This document shows, in pieces, positions 1-13,500 of a stretch of 64,000 nucleotides of DNA. The DNA comes from Catajapyx aquilonaris (lineage: Eukaryota): contig JYFJ02001086.1 of the NCBI GenBank assembly GCA_000934665.2, forward strand, positions 1-64,000. The letters are read 5' to 3'. Each line of letters opens with the position of its first letter. Positions within the stretch are counted from its first letter, which is position 1. The notes under the pieces are model-generated. The model was not told the origin of the DNA, ran no database searches, and was given only the letters and a program-made list of their open reading frames with translations. The position numbers and the translations under genes are program-made.

Positions 1-3000
1 CCACCGCTCCAAAGAGAGGGCCATTCAAAGTGCTCAATTACATGCTCTGCTTTCAACCAAAACAGGCGCCGATAATATGGTAATAGTTCTTTTAACACGC
101 ACTACTGCAGGCCTGAAAAAACCTATTACCCGTCAGAGTCACGTGACAACTATTTCGCCAAAAATTTGAATGTTGCCTGCAATTGACTCGTAAATACTGA
201 AGCCTGCAAATTGATTGTCAATAGACATGGCAACGCTGCGTTGCAGTCATCTTACCATGTTGCAGTTGCTCGCTATCAGCATCGAATTTCGAGCTGTTAC
301 TCGAAACAAACCGACTCCAAACTTTGCATTGTGATAGGTCATGACCAGGCACTGTATAGGAAGGTTGGGAATACTCTTCGTTCTACCCTGCTGGGTGTTA
401 CCCGGGTGCCAAATTGTATTCATTAATGCCCTTTTTATTAATCACCCTTCTGATTAGGTTCTTTGGTTACCTCTATAGCAACAGAAATATAAAGTGTTGT
501 GCTGTATACCCTTGGGTACTTACTGCTTCGTTAGTGACCGCGAGAGTATGATACTTGTGTGTGCATGTGTCTTTGTTGCTATTGTGTGCTGATATCCCTG
601 CTCATTCATGTTCCTCCACATAAATTATGATAACTATTGTCACTATCCAACCCTCATAGCTAGAACTGCGTCCGGATAGGTGATTCACCTAGCTGAATTC
701 ACTTAATACGTACATGCCATCTGGAAGCAAGACTAGGACATCTCCGAGAATTCCGTAACGTCCGGTGCAAGTGTGAAATGGTGCAGGTACCTGGCTAGTT
801 TGGTGGGGCCTCCGTCGCGGAGAGGGCGGGAAAGCAGGGAGGGAGAGGCGGGTAATATACGTGGCTACGTCACGGGTGACGTTTCCTCCCAAAGCCGGTT
901 GGCAGAACAAAATCTCCCCCCGGCCCAGAGGCTCAGTAGATGGCCGGAGCCAGGCCCAAACAGCCACGGCATCACTCTCTCTCGCCTCCGGATTGTGATG
1001 ATGTGATCGTGCTAACCTCCCGTGACCTGTGATGACATTAGTGCCACGAGACATGCCCGTGCCAGACAGAGGACAGGGGACACTGGGAGCCTGAGGATGA
1101 CCACCATCAGGGTAAGTCCTATGGCCCGGCCGATTCTCCAAGCCGCACTATTAGGCAACGGTGTAATGACCTTTGTTTCGCTGCGCCTTCTTCTACCTAC
1201 CGCAGGACCACCTGGGTTGTGATACACTCCAGCCGGTGGACAGTGAGTGACCCGGGCCAAATTCCACATAGGGTTGCGACATGTTTCGCACGCAGGTGAG
1301 AACCCGACTTGGAATATACCGTATCTGAAAAACCGCGTTGAAAATAATGGCGCAACATCTGTGCAGGCCCCACAACTCTGCATGTTGATGAATACGCCCA
1401 TTACAATTCCAGCAGGTTTCACTAGATCATGAGGAAATTAACATTATCGCTCCCCTGCAGCACTCATTTATATCTGTAAAGGGGAGGGGTCCAGGTCGCA
1501 TTTTGAAACAAAAAAGATTTGGGGGAAAAAAATGGGAGGGTGGGTATGAATTGATAAGAGTGCTATTAGTTAGGTAGCTAGTAGGTACTGACATTGTTCC
1601 AGGCGAAGGTAAAACAGCATGGAAAATTAGCGATCGTGAGTAAACCAAGTTTGCAAGTTGTTAGTGCATCTCCTTTCTGGAAAGTTTCAAGTTGCGATAA
1701 ACTGATTCCGAAGGGTGAGAGAAGACTTGCAAGTGGATTTTGGGCCTGATGATGCCCCTACTTGCAGCTTGATGGTAATTAGAGTCGCGAGCGTAGGAAA
1801 ATACACCCACCTCCCCCCCAAAAAAGTGTTCTTGTAGGAGGGAAGCCTAATTGGTTCCTATTTAGGCAAACGATGCTAGTTAACTCGATTTCTGCGTTTT
1901 GTGGATCGGAAGCAGCCAATAACGAACCGACTCGACTTGCATATAGCCCTTGATGGTTTCAGGATTCCGGATTTGTACCTCATTAAGCGTCTTCTGGAGA
2001 TGTGCAAACATTGTTGGAGGTATCGGCAACTTTCACCTGGGTACATTCCCATGTAAAAAAAAATTGGGCGGGGGGGGGGGGGGACGGNGTGCCCGTCGGG
2101 CGAGCTATTCAACATGTCATTTCGGTTTTGTGCGGTATGTATACTACTTACAAGTTGTACTCACTATTTTTTTTGGTCGACTAGTCCTACAGTGTCTCTG
2201 GCTCGGCGCACGGTGTAACTAGTTTGTAACTTTTTCTGCAACTTTTGCGCTCGACTTTCACAGAAAATGCGGTTTAAAGTTTGCCTTAGATACTCACTTT
2301 TTCACCCTTAAGCTCCTTTTTAGCGCCGCTGATGTGATGAAAGCAATTGGCTTCATCCAACTCTGCGGGGTCGTATGCTTAAGAACACTTTCTTTCATTT
2401 TTTCTTCTCTTTTTTCGAGAAGGGAAGAGAACTCCAGAAAGCGCACAACTTAACTTTTGCAGCGATCTAAAATATTTCAATCTCAAAGGTAATTCCTTAA
2501 AAAAAAAAGACTCCCACCGGGAAAAGTTTGGTATCCGCTCACTTTTTGGACTTTTGCTAGTGTTGGGAGATGGTTTTAGTGAAGTCAAAGGCAAATTAGG
2601 AGGCAAACGAAGTGGTGTTTGAATATATTTTTTTGAATAGCTAGTTAAATGTGATTCCAGATGACGTCTCGTTGCCAGCAAATACGAGGGGAGGTTTATG
2701 CCGCATCACCACGGGTTAGGGGTAAAAAATATGTTAATAAAATATTGTGACAGTTACAAAGTCAACCCGCCTCTTCAGTGATTTACAGCACTCGGCTCTT
2801 TCGGCTCGTCGTGACGTGAATGGGAAATCGAATCTGTAACCTTACGATTCGAAGAAAAGAAAACGACACCGAAACCTCCCTATTTTAAGCCACACATGAT
2901 GAAAACTATTTGCTCTAGAACCAACTATCAATAAAATTATTGGAAATAACATTACACCGAAATTATGCATAATTTATGCACCGGGTTGAAATAACATGGT

Positions 3001-5233
3001 TATTCTGAGCGAACGGCCTTTGTTGGCTCGTAACATGTCCCCGCGTCCTCTCCATGCGATATAAATCAACCAACCTGGCATAAGCACAACGCACATTCTA
3101 ACGTATCCATGTGAACACTCACCACCCCTAGACTCTGCAGGAGTCGAGTGCATCAACAAGGGCTCTTATGCACAAACCAAATATCTCGTTATGAATGCCG
3201 CCCCCGTCATTTATTGTCTGCATAACTGTGCAAGCGGTGTATAGAAAACCCACTCTTTCACATCACAACAAACCACGTGCTCTAATCTGGGCACCACTAC
3301 CCAATCCCTATTCAAATAAATATTCGGCGGCGTGCCACAATAAACACCTCATTTATGTTCATTCATGCGGCGTTAAACAGCCAAACGCGCATTACGAACA
3401 ATTATCCCAGGGCTTCATGAAGTGAGTTTAAGGGCGATTGTTATTCCGTCCCTGCGTTGTTTCGATCACGGCAAATCAGAGGTTGTCCAGGCTATAAGTG
3501 GTGTTAGCTATTTTTCCCCCCTAGTAACACCTACTGTTCTACGACATACGCTCTGTGTGTATATATATATTTTCGAAACAGATTGGGAGTAATATCTGAG
3601 GAGAATGATGTTTCCAGGTATGCTGAGGTGAATGATGAAGCCATTTTGGAGAGAAGCATCATAGGAGGAATAATACGCTTCCCCTCATCAGCCGAAATGG
3701 CGTGCTAATAGCAACCCCCGTAAATTAAATTCCGTGAAATATGTCCCGGAACTCATCTCAGGAGTCGCATTAATATCTCGTTAAAAATTCACGACTACAT
3801 AACTCTGCCATTCGTGGAGGGAGTTTGGATAAAAAAAGAACGTGGTCGGCGAGTTTTACATTTGAAGCAAGAGTTTTGTTCGCGGTTCTAAAGATCGGAA
3901 TGGCAGTAACAACAGGAACGCGACAACTCGGGATTTGCCAAAATAACTCGGAACATTGCACTGTCACGGTCCCATTGTTGCAGGCTAATATGTAGTATAT
4001 ATAGATCAAAGTTCAGGACATTGCGGTATTGTTGAGTTGTAACCAGCTTGGCACCAAAATTGAAAAGGCACTAACCGCTAATAAATTGTGATCATATTTT
4101 AGGAGCATAAAGGAGACAAATGCGTGAAGACCCTACATTTTTTCACCTTCAGTGTAAGTGAAATAACGCATCGGTGGGAGGGTTTCACAATGATCTGGGA
4201 AAACCTTGGCTGGAGTGAAACCGAAAATTGGGTTGTGCAACGAGGAGTAACGCCACCAATCCTAGTCCAAAACAGGCAGAAACGCCCTGCAATTTTTGCG
4301 TGTACAACCAACCCGACACTCGGTGGTCGGAAATGCCTCATTTTTCAGGCCATTTCACGCGGCGTGACCCAGTACAAAGGCGACTTGACCATTGGTGGTG
4401 CCGACCGACAAAAGCCCGGGACACCCAAATCCCATTCGATCGGAGGGGGGGCGCTACCAGAAAAGGGTAACCAAATGGCCGCCGCCAATATTATACCGTT
4501 ACAGGTCTGAGGAGGGGGTGACATGGTGGTGGAGGGCACCTGAAAGAGGATCCTCCTTTGCCTTTTATTAAGCAGGCGCTTGGATTGTAGCTTCTGGCCC
4601 TTTCCATCGATTCTTCTTCATTGACGACCCATGGAGGATGCTGCCTACTAATATTTCCTACATGGAAAGTCCATCCCGCGGAGGATGAGGGCAGAGGGGA
4701 TTATGGGCATAGGATGGATAGATACAAGTTGCCATGGGTGCTGCAGGGTTTGGGCAGGTTGGGCTGGAGGGGATGGCACCCGGAGCGAGAAATGGGGGAG
4801 TCACTATCGTGTCTTCGTGGTGTGAACGGTGATGGGGATGTGCGATTGGGTATGCGTCATGTTACTCGTTCTGGTTCACACAATAAGGTGTGGTGTCTGT
4901 AATGAGCGCGTACAAATTATGACTTCGTCACTTTCCAGGTGGAATCTCCTGCTGGGTGTTCTCATGGCGTTTTGATATTAGATTTGAATTGTTGCGTACA
5001 CCACTCACTTATCAAAAAAAATGCAAGTTTTTTCTTTAATAGTTAACAAAACCTACTCCAACTACGATATGTCTGAATGAGGAGGGAAGCCTGTTTCCAT
5101 TTTGCTTAAGGTTTATTTTATTACTACTGTCGAGTGAATCAAACAGTATGTTCGCTCTGTAAACACGACTGCAGGACTGTTTATGTTCGAGCTTATTTAA
5201 AAAAACAATATACTGTACAAAATCCTACCCCAG

Positions 5234-5370
5234 TTTACGACCTTGCGGTGTGCCACGGAATCTTTCTAATTACTGGGAGCTGATTGACAGTTGGGTAAAA
5301 AGTAAATAAAATCCTAATCCCGTAATGTGATTGTAATGACTAATTTAAAACGCGCTTATGATTTATTGAT
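5234..5370. promoter_or_regulatory. Enhancer-like cluster of homeodomain/TALE/Fox motifs
   Basis: TTTACGA (5234), TAATTA (5267), exact PBX-MEIS/PREP decamer TGATTGACAG (5281-5290), Fox GTAAATA (5302), K50 TAATCC (5315) and PBX-HOX TGATTTAT (5359) within ~135 bp. Motif presence only. Confidence 0.4.
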
Positions 5371-6849
5371 AGTGGGTGAGTAGGTGTAGGTGGTTTTCAC
5401 TTGTACTGTCCAGTAATGCATATATTCAGTGAAACCATAATATGATTAGGGTGAATGAATATTCACAGTCTTGCACCAGAGCGCTACAGTCACTGCTAGG
5501 TAATTTGAGGCATTACAGTGAATGAGTAGCGTGCAATAACACTATCCATTTGGTCCAAGAATGGCCATAAAAGATAATTATATGAAGCAGCATTATCTTA
5601 CAGTTTGTATTTTAATGCCATAGTCGTAATTATTTCCAATACACTGGTGACTATAAAGCTGGAAAAATACATGTTGTACACATGTTGTATGAAACACTAA
5701 ACGAGCCGTATCTTTTGGCTCAGCCATGACCAAAATGGTTGTGGGATGAAGTAATTAATGTTATATAAAAAACTGTGGCGTGGCGCAGTGTCTACCAGCG
5801 TGAGAAATAAATAGCCTATTTCCAAAACCCGCCAAATAAGTTTTTATCACTTTCCTCGAGGGAATGCAACAAAAAGCTCACGCAATGCCCTCTCCCTCAC
5901 ATAATAGAGAACGTTCACAATTTTGTTGAGGCCTGCAAACCTGCCAATTTTGATTTATTTGAATTATCATCCGCACGAGATATTACTGTACCCGAAGAAC
6001 CTCCCTGTTTTCAACAAAAAAATATTCCTTTAGAAATAAGTTATTCAAAAGTGTTGTCAGTAAAAATATCTAAACACGAGTGAAAAAAACCCACCTTTGG
6101 GCGGTATCACGCACCTTGAATGCATCAAAGGGAAACATTTGATGAGTATAGAGGTAGCCGTGAAAGCGGCAGTCAAGAGGATCATTTCCGCCCTAGTTTG
6201 ACCAGCTAAACACAATTTAATTTGGCGGCAAAGAATTCTAGCCCGTGGGTTGGGGGGTCCTGCGTCCAAAAGTTGTGGCATTGAATGCCCCTGGCAGAGG
6301 CTCCGAAAGTCTTTATCGGCTTCAGAAAAGTGTTCTTTCTGTGTCCAGACCGAGTCGTGGGAGCCACGATTCAAGAAAAGGGAGCTCTTGGGGTCGGAGG
6401 GGAGGGGTGGTTGAGGGAGCAAGAGTCCTTTCTGTGTGCAGATGGAACCGTCGGACGACAATTTCCAAGCACAGCCTGGGTTCGTCCTTCTCTTCCAGGT
6501 CAATGGGGAGCACGTTGGAAGAAGTAAAGGCTCGGGCAAAAAGACTCTCGTTCGGATTTTCAGGCTCAGGCTATCTCCGGGGAGCCTGGGCCACATTTGA
6601 AAGACCTCCATCCACGCTTCTTCTTTCTTTCTTTCTTTTTTTGGCGACAAAAAATGGAAGCAATCGGTGATTCCGGAGGGATCTGCAAGCATTTCTTACC
6701 GGGGACTCATTTGGAAGCAAATGGAGATGTATTGGTCTCCACGGGGTCATCACATCGTATAAATATTCCGGGTGTCAGGGCACGACCGGATTTTCATATT
6801 GCAACTTACCAATCCCGGACGTGAATTTGGAACGTTATCTGCAACGAAC

Positions 6850-6960
6850 AGCGGGGACCAATCGGTGCGCGTGCGCGAGTAGTTGTCCAATCAGATTCCT
6901 GGTACGTCCGTTGCTGGTCCGTCGTTGTTGAGGCGGTGCGTGACACTCCCCTCTAAAACA
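6850..6960. promoter_or_regulatory. Promoter-like CpG-rich segment with paired CCAAT boxes
   Basis: CCAATC at 6858 and 6887 (29 bp apart) flanking NRF1-like TGCGCGTGCGC (6866-6876) in a CpG-dense tract. Confidence 0.35.
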
Positions 6961-7786
6961 AACGGGCACAAAAGTGGCCGCACAATGACGCTTGACCTCC
7001 CATTTCCGGCCACATCAATCTTTCGGCATCTGGTCCTAACCATCGGGGAGTGTCAACAGTAACACGAAGCAGAGTACACAAGAGCAGAGGAGGATGTCGA
7101 AATGGGAAGGGGGAGTGGGTGTGGGATGGTGAAACTGCGGGGTACGGATAACGAATTGACCAGGCAGCAGGCCCTCTCGCGGTAACTTGTTGACCGTGGC
7201 GGCCATTATGGACCAATTCAACCATTTGCCTCACCCCACCCCCACCCCCTCTATGGACATGCCTACTAATGCACCTCGTTTACCATCATGTATAGCCCGC
7301 GTTATTGACATTAATCTCTGGAGCTTTTGTCGCGAATCCTAACATGTCGGGAGTCGGTAAATATTTCGCGCATTGGAGGTTACACTGGAGTGTTGTAGTC
7401 CTGCTCTTTGCTGGTCATTCATCAGGGGTGGTGAATGGGCTAGGCGGAATATTAGCACCAGGGAAGATGTCCGACTCGACTGGGTGTTGAGAAAACAAGT
7501 GGGGGAAATGACTCCATTACAGAAATTGGTCCCCGATTCCAATCTAGTAATTGCTTGATGATCGATTGAGATGCGGTTCCGCCTTGGGAGTGCTGAAAAA
7601 CCATCAATAAGCCACGGCCAAATCCCACAGCATTTACCGCTTCCTTTCGGAGCATAGACTGGCTGTAGTAGAGTGTTTGTAAACAAATAAACAAAATAAT
7701 TTATTCAGTGCAGGTTGTATACTAGACAAGAACATTGATACAAAGCAGCATTTATTTAGTAGTGTAACAGTCTCAGAAAATATTTC

Positions 7787-7803
7787 AATAAATAAATAAA
7801 TAA
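7787..7803 (+). repeat. Short (AATA)4 repeat
   Basis: AATAAATAAATAAATAA seen directly. Confidence 0.8.
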
Positions 7804-8234
7804 GTTAAAAATCAGAGAAACATGGTGAATTATGGACTACTAAATGTTCAATTGGTAGTAACGGGTATCATGAACTGTTTTCTATTATTGGCACACTGAT
7901 GCGTGTGTAATACTGTAAGGAATTCCTGTGGGTATGGTAACTCTATAGCACAATATTCCGGTGCAATGTTGACAGATTGCACATGTCATAATTTATAGAG
8001 TTTGGAAACACAGCCTCCCTAGCCATCACATACAGACAATAATGGGATAACAGGTACTCATTCGTTACACTGGCAAATATAATTGAAGCTTAAAATGGAT
8101 TCGGTGATCGTTTGAGGACATGCGTGACATTTAGGCCAAATTTAGTCATTTACACTACTGCTCAGTGCAAGACAACGTGTCAAAATGGCATTCCAATGTG
8201 ACATGGATGGAAGAGTTATGGAGGAAATGCCGAA

Positions 8235-8810
8235 CTATTTCTGGAGTGAAGGAAAGGCTATCAGTTTGATTTTTATGACTCCTGTGTCTGTCCTGTTGTG
8301 TATTGCCTGAATGTCGTGTACGCCCTTCTGCAAGATCACCGACGATATTATCACCAAGATTGACAATGACCTTCTGGTACCGATTGGAAAAAATGTAGGG
8401 CGAAAATTATAGTGCTTCAGAGTTTTCAGAGCTTCTTTGATTGCGTTCAGTACCATCTCGGCCATTGATGGTAGGTCATTGACAACTTTGATGATAATTT
8501 TGTCCGTTTCAGTAATATCGATTTAAGATCCAAATTCTCAGTAGCCTACATTTTTGGGGGACATATTTGGAACTTGAGGGTGATGGTAATCAACCACAGC
8601 CAGTTTGTTGTTCGTCTTTTGTTTATACTGTCCTATGAAATGTGCGCCATCTGTCAGCACTACACGGCAAGATTTCTCCAGAGCTCGTACGCCTGCCGAA
8701 TTTAATATTCTACAGATAAAGAGCTTATTTCCAAATGGTCGTAAGTACACTTTTGATCAATTTCAAACTGGCTCCACCAACGGCAACGTATTGCTCATTG
8801 GGGACCCTGC
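8235..8810 (-). pseudogene. Possible decayed macrodomain (PARP9/PARP14-type) coding exon
   Basis: After an acceptor-like ctcctgcag (plus 8811-8819), pieces in different frames read VGGASLKLIKSVLTT / RILNSAGVRALEKSC / DKIIIKVVN..VLNAIKEALKTLKHYNFRPTFFPIGT...ISSVILQKGVHDI...GVIKIKLIAFP. These are collinear with the macrodomain elements GDIT, AILxxAGxxxxxEC, KxIIHVV, SIxFPAIGTG and the terminal beta strand. Stops and frameshifts are present and the NxxN/GG loop is missing. By-eye alignment only. Confidence 0.45.
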
Positions 8811-8849
8811 CTGCAGGAGTATGTGTTGTTTTAAAATGGCCGTAAATTT

Positions 8850-9180
8850 CTTAGTCTCATACACTGGAAATTCTCATTTATTTCCAAAAGGTAGCTTATC
8901 AAGTCACGTATTATTTCCGAACGGCCATATAAATCCATTGGATCCACTCACACGGCCAGGTTACGCCAGGTGATGCACCTGCCCCGCGCAAAGAAAAACT
9001 TTACATTATTTCTTTGCTATCCATTACTTCTGTCGAGCATGGAATTTCTTTCACTTACAATTTCCCTGTGAAAGGGCATTACCACATTCTCCCTGACAGA
9101 GTCATTGATCGTGTAGAGCAGCAAATTAATAAAAAAGACAAAAACAGTTTTGTTGTCAGAAGAATACCATGTAATATTCT
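8850..9180 (+). mobile_element. Decayed DNA-transposon transposase fragment, Sola1-like (catalytic core region), frameshifted
   Basis: Manual translation across frameshifts gives motifs in the expected order: SYT(W)...FPKGS (8857-8895), RLR..D-A-C-P-A-Q-x-K-N-F-T-L (8958-9008), FPVKGHYHILPDRVIDRVEQQINKKD (9062-9139), TVLLSEEYH (9144-9170). This matches the recalled Sola1-type pattern YxW...KGS...SDxCxxQNKN...FPVxGHSxLPxDRxFGxxE...KxTIxxPEEY. No TIRs identified. Confidence 0.75.
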
Positions 9181-10417
9181 GCCTTTGCGCTTTTTTGGTC
9201 TTCTGGTATAGTGCAGTGATGAAAAACTACGTGTTATGTGGCAAAGGTAGGCATACTTAAGGTAACAGGTGTATCTATTAAGTTCAATTGCGTACCCATT
9301 CCATTTTGATAGCTACCGTAATGCCACAATTTCAAAAAGGTAACCGTGACGATATCCAGTGATAGTGTGTGAAATTAACAATTAATGTCACAATGAAATG
9401 AAATTTATATTTAAAATATAAAGAAACCTTATGGACAAATGTGAAGCATTGAAATACCAGTGGTTTCAAGCATTTTAGGGTAAGTAGTCATGGAAAGCCA
9501 GAATTTTATTGCCAAAAGTACTCAAGCCGTGCTAAGAAGCTTAATGCAAAGTGCACTTTATTTGGATTACAATCCATGAGAGATTTCGATGACTTACGTC
9601 GAGCATGCCTGTTGTCGTGCACACAGTTTTTCTATTTAAAGCCACATACGATTCCAGCCAAACCTTTGAATATATACTGTATAGAAATGTTTCTGGAAGA
9701 CTTACAGTCGTTGGAAAGAAGTCCTCTATTTCAATGTTCCATTAATAAAGGATATCCAATATGGGATTAAAGCAATGGAATGCAATTGATATGTAAGAAT
9801 CATTTATGAATATTTCTGTGCGGTAGTTTGCAATCCTGGTACATTAAAATAGGCTATATCTTGGTAGCTCTTACTGCACTGTATAGGGCATAAGAAAGGT
9901 GCATAGGAATTAACTAATTGCTATCATTCTCTGTGATTATATACATCTATTGGTAAAGTGCTATACAATATGCATAATAATAGATCAGGCCCCTTCTGTG
10001 ATCATGAAAAAATATGATCATACTGTGACGAGATTTATAGGCACCGAATTAATTGCTGCCTTGAGCTTCTTCCAGGCCCTTTTGTTTGATCTTTCCCTCT
10101 GACCCATTTGCATCCCATCTAAGTGAATTCCAGTTTAATATAGATGTGGACTTGCTCAGGAGTTCAAACTTCCTCTAATGCCAGACGAGAAGGAATGGGG
10201 ACAGCTCAATATCTTCCCACTTATGAAAATGATGGAGAAAAGGTTCCGAGGAAATGGAACTGACGAAAACAAAATTTAATGCATTCTGGATGGTAAAGAA
10301 CTTTTACAAACTTCCGCACACGAATATTTAATCAATTAAGACGTGGGGGCCTGCAAGGCTTTCATTAGAATACCCCCTTCCAGAAAAACTCTTCCCTTAT
10401 TTATCCTTTCCGCTGGC

Positions 10418-10580
10418 TCCCAATCAGATTTGGTGGCTGCCAATCACGGGGAAACCCCCATACGTTTGAGGACTCAATCAAGGCGCTAAACTCTGGCAAC
10501 GGTCTGAGAAACGTTATTTTGGGAGGAGCCCTCCCCCCCAACTTTGCGGTTCCCACGCTCTGTACTCTGCCAATCACATC
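10418..10580. promoter_or_regulatory. Cluster of three CCAAT boxes
   Basis: CCAATCAG at ~10420, and CTGCCAATCAC repeated exactly at 10437-10447 and 10567-10577. Confidence 0.25.
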
Positions 10581-13500
10581 CAGTGTTGATTCTATGCTCC
10601 AAAGCCACGATTTGGACGGTGACGGGGAATTTTAGATTGGAAGCGGGTGGCAAGGGCTTAAGAGTTTAACATAATTGGAGGCGTGTTGGAAAGGGGGGGA
10701 GGGTGTCTGGTGTGACCCCATGGCCCTTTGGCACAAAACAGTCCCGCTGAGTGACGAGGGGGGTTGCCGAATTCGCCACCAGAGCGTCGCTAGGGGCGGG
10801 CGGCAGCCATTGGAGGGGAGCCTCAGAATTACGCAATTAGTATTGAAAGTTCTATCACCGGAGTTGTTTTGTGCATTGTATTCACCGGGGGCCAAAACAG
10901 GGGAGAAGAAGGCTGTGTCATCATATTCAAATCAGGTCGTTTAAACTCTATTGTTGACAAGGTCCGGTAATGGCCATCGATTGGGTGACAATTCTACGAA
11001 ATAAAAGTGACACGCTTTGTTCGAGGTTGCAGCCTGTATATATAGTGGTGCGATTTCCCTGAGACTGCGAGTGGTGTGTATCAGAACGGTCGGATAGTTG
11101 CTTGCTTGATGCGAGTTAGGCGATAATAGGGTTAGTGTAATGGTCTAACCATTCATTATGGACAGAGTGAGTAAGGTGAGTAGAAGTGACGTATTTCGTG
11201 TGTTCCAACCCATCGGACCGCTCTGATTGGAGGTAGCGTCATTTAGCATTGAATCATTATGGCAGTTACTCCAGCATTAAGATACGAGGCAATCTCATGG
11301 AATTGATTGATCTTTTATGGGCTGAGACGAAGGACGTTACAAGCAGTGTACGTGATACCCCGTGTTCCCTTTGACGGTTGATTCTACATCCGCGCTTTTC
11401 TGGGAAACCTGGCTTCAAGTGATTCTCCCCCTTTGAGAATCGTGATCTAAACGGGATCATTAGGCAGGATTGCATGCTCTGGCACAAGGAATAGGAAAGA
11501 AGAAAGATAGCCGGCATCTTCCGCAGCACAAAAGCAAAAGCACTCCATTTTGTGGAGTGCTAAGCCCCCTTGCCTGACAGGTATGCCACTTGGCAATGTG
11601 TTAATGGCCGTCGTACTGCCGATCATTGATATCATTAGCACCGGCACTGCTTTTTGCAGTCCCCGTTTCCTCCGAGCGAAACTTGGAATGGTCGATCAAG
11701 GCCCGATATACTCGCAGAATGGGGTCACGAACGTATTCTGGAACCACTCATGTCCCTAATAATGGCTCTAATGACGTCCGACTTCGTGTCTGGTTTACCT
11801 GGGGAGGAATTTTACAGCTTCTTGTACCAACTGGAAAGATTTTTATGGATGCCACTTTTCGTGTTCCCAGCCTTCAATATATGTATAAAAAAAGCACATC
11901 TCAGGCTCAACCAAGGACCGCTAATATAGCAACCAGGTATGAATCCATGTTTGTTGAATCATTTACGTGACTAGCAGCCACCTTTTCTATAGTCTCGATT
12001 AACTATATATTAATATTTCTTCTTTCTTACTGTGGGTTGGGGATAGGAGGGGGGACGGGAGGGGGTGAGAGGAAGAAAGATTTATTTTCCTCTTGGCGCG
12101 CTCGCAACTCTGCATGGGAACACCTGCAAAAAGGGGCCATAATATGTCCCCGAGATTATTACCACCTCCTGAACAATGGCATCCAGGCCTATGGTGAGGG
12201 GCTGCACTAACTCGCCTGCTTCATGCAATTCGTGATCCCTTTTCATAAGATGTCCGCTGCATTCCTCCTGCGCGCAGCCTGATGGAGGAGACCTAATCTT
12301 GGAAATACGGACGAAGAGGGGTTAATATAGGCCTTGTGACGGGATGTCGCATGGGACGGGGTCATAGGGGAGTTAGGATGATCAGGTTTACGGCGTGCTT
12401 GTTTGTGGTTAGTGTTGAAATTATGCGACGTTTTTCACACGTAAACTGTATTATATGTGTAAAACAGCAGTGTTGTTGGCTGGAAGTGCTGACTCACAAA
12501 TGCGCGGAATATGCCTGAAACGCTCGATTATTTTTAGCACTTTCATTTTTTAAAACCCGTCATGCATTAGCGTGTTCACAAATGCGTGTATTTTTAGGAT
12601 TTATGACTCATTTTAATATATTTGCATCGTCAAAGTATAGTATCAACAGGCCTGTTTTAATACACTTCCAACTTCTAAAGCAAGAATACCTCCAATAACG
12701 GGTGAAATTAATGATTAATTACTATTCCAAAGTAAAATGCATGCGATTATGAATATGCCAACACAAATTCTGAACCAATTACAAAAGCATGCCATTATAG
12801 TAAGTAATCAACTCTGGCAAGACAACCAAAAGCAAAGCCTCTTGTATGTAAATAACTCTGCAATTGTAAATTCCAAGTGGAAGTGTTCTTGGTGTGCCTT
12901 TGAAAGAGGCCTGGCTATGATGTTACATGCCCGAGGCATCCCTGCACGGGTACCAGTATAAAAAATGAAAGTAGAAAAAAAAAATGGTCGGATACGTCTG
13001 TGGTGTTTGACCCATGGAGGCGGTGGGGCGTGCATCAGTTGGGATGTCCTCATGGCATCTGCCACGAATGCCATTACTCTAGCTTCGGTCTCCTATTGTG
13101 GAGGCCTTGTCCACGGGTGACGGGACGCGATTTGTCAAACGGCCGGAGCCTTGAATTGGCTGAATTACCCACATTGCACCAGTCGCCGACGTTGCCTTGG
13201 GAGGCCCCTCAGCTTTCAATCAGGTTATTACAGGCCGACCCGGGTCCAGGGTAATGACTTTCGGCCGTCTAATGGCGCCGAGGATCCAAGGAACATATGT
13301 GACAACCAGGAAGTGGAAATATGACTCAAACGTGACGGTTTTTTTTAGCGCATAAAGTGTAATTGGTAGGTCTAGTAGGCTGGGGGGAAATCACTGTAAA
13401 ACATGATGGTGCAGTGACCATGCCCATTTAAACACCTGTGCAGGACCTGGAGGTAAAAACTGGTCGAGTAGGAGGCTGTTTTGCGATATAGACTGATTCA

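Noticed and set aside
2682..2690. TACGAGGG, a mariner-like terminus
   Set aside because: No matching CCCTCGTA partner or transposase nearby.
6057..6692. Longest ORF (211 aa, minus) with overlapping ORFs on both strands
   Set aside because: No recognisable domain; multiple open frames are expected in a GC-richer block; composition is unlike a real protein.
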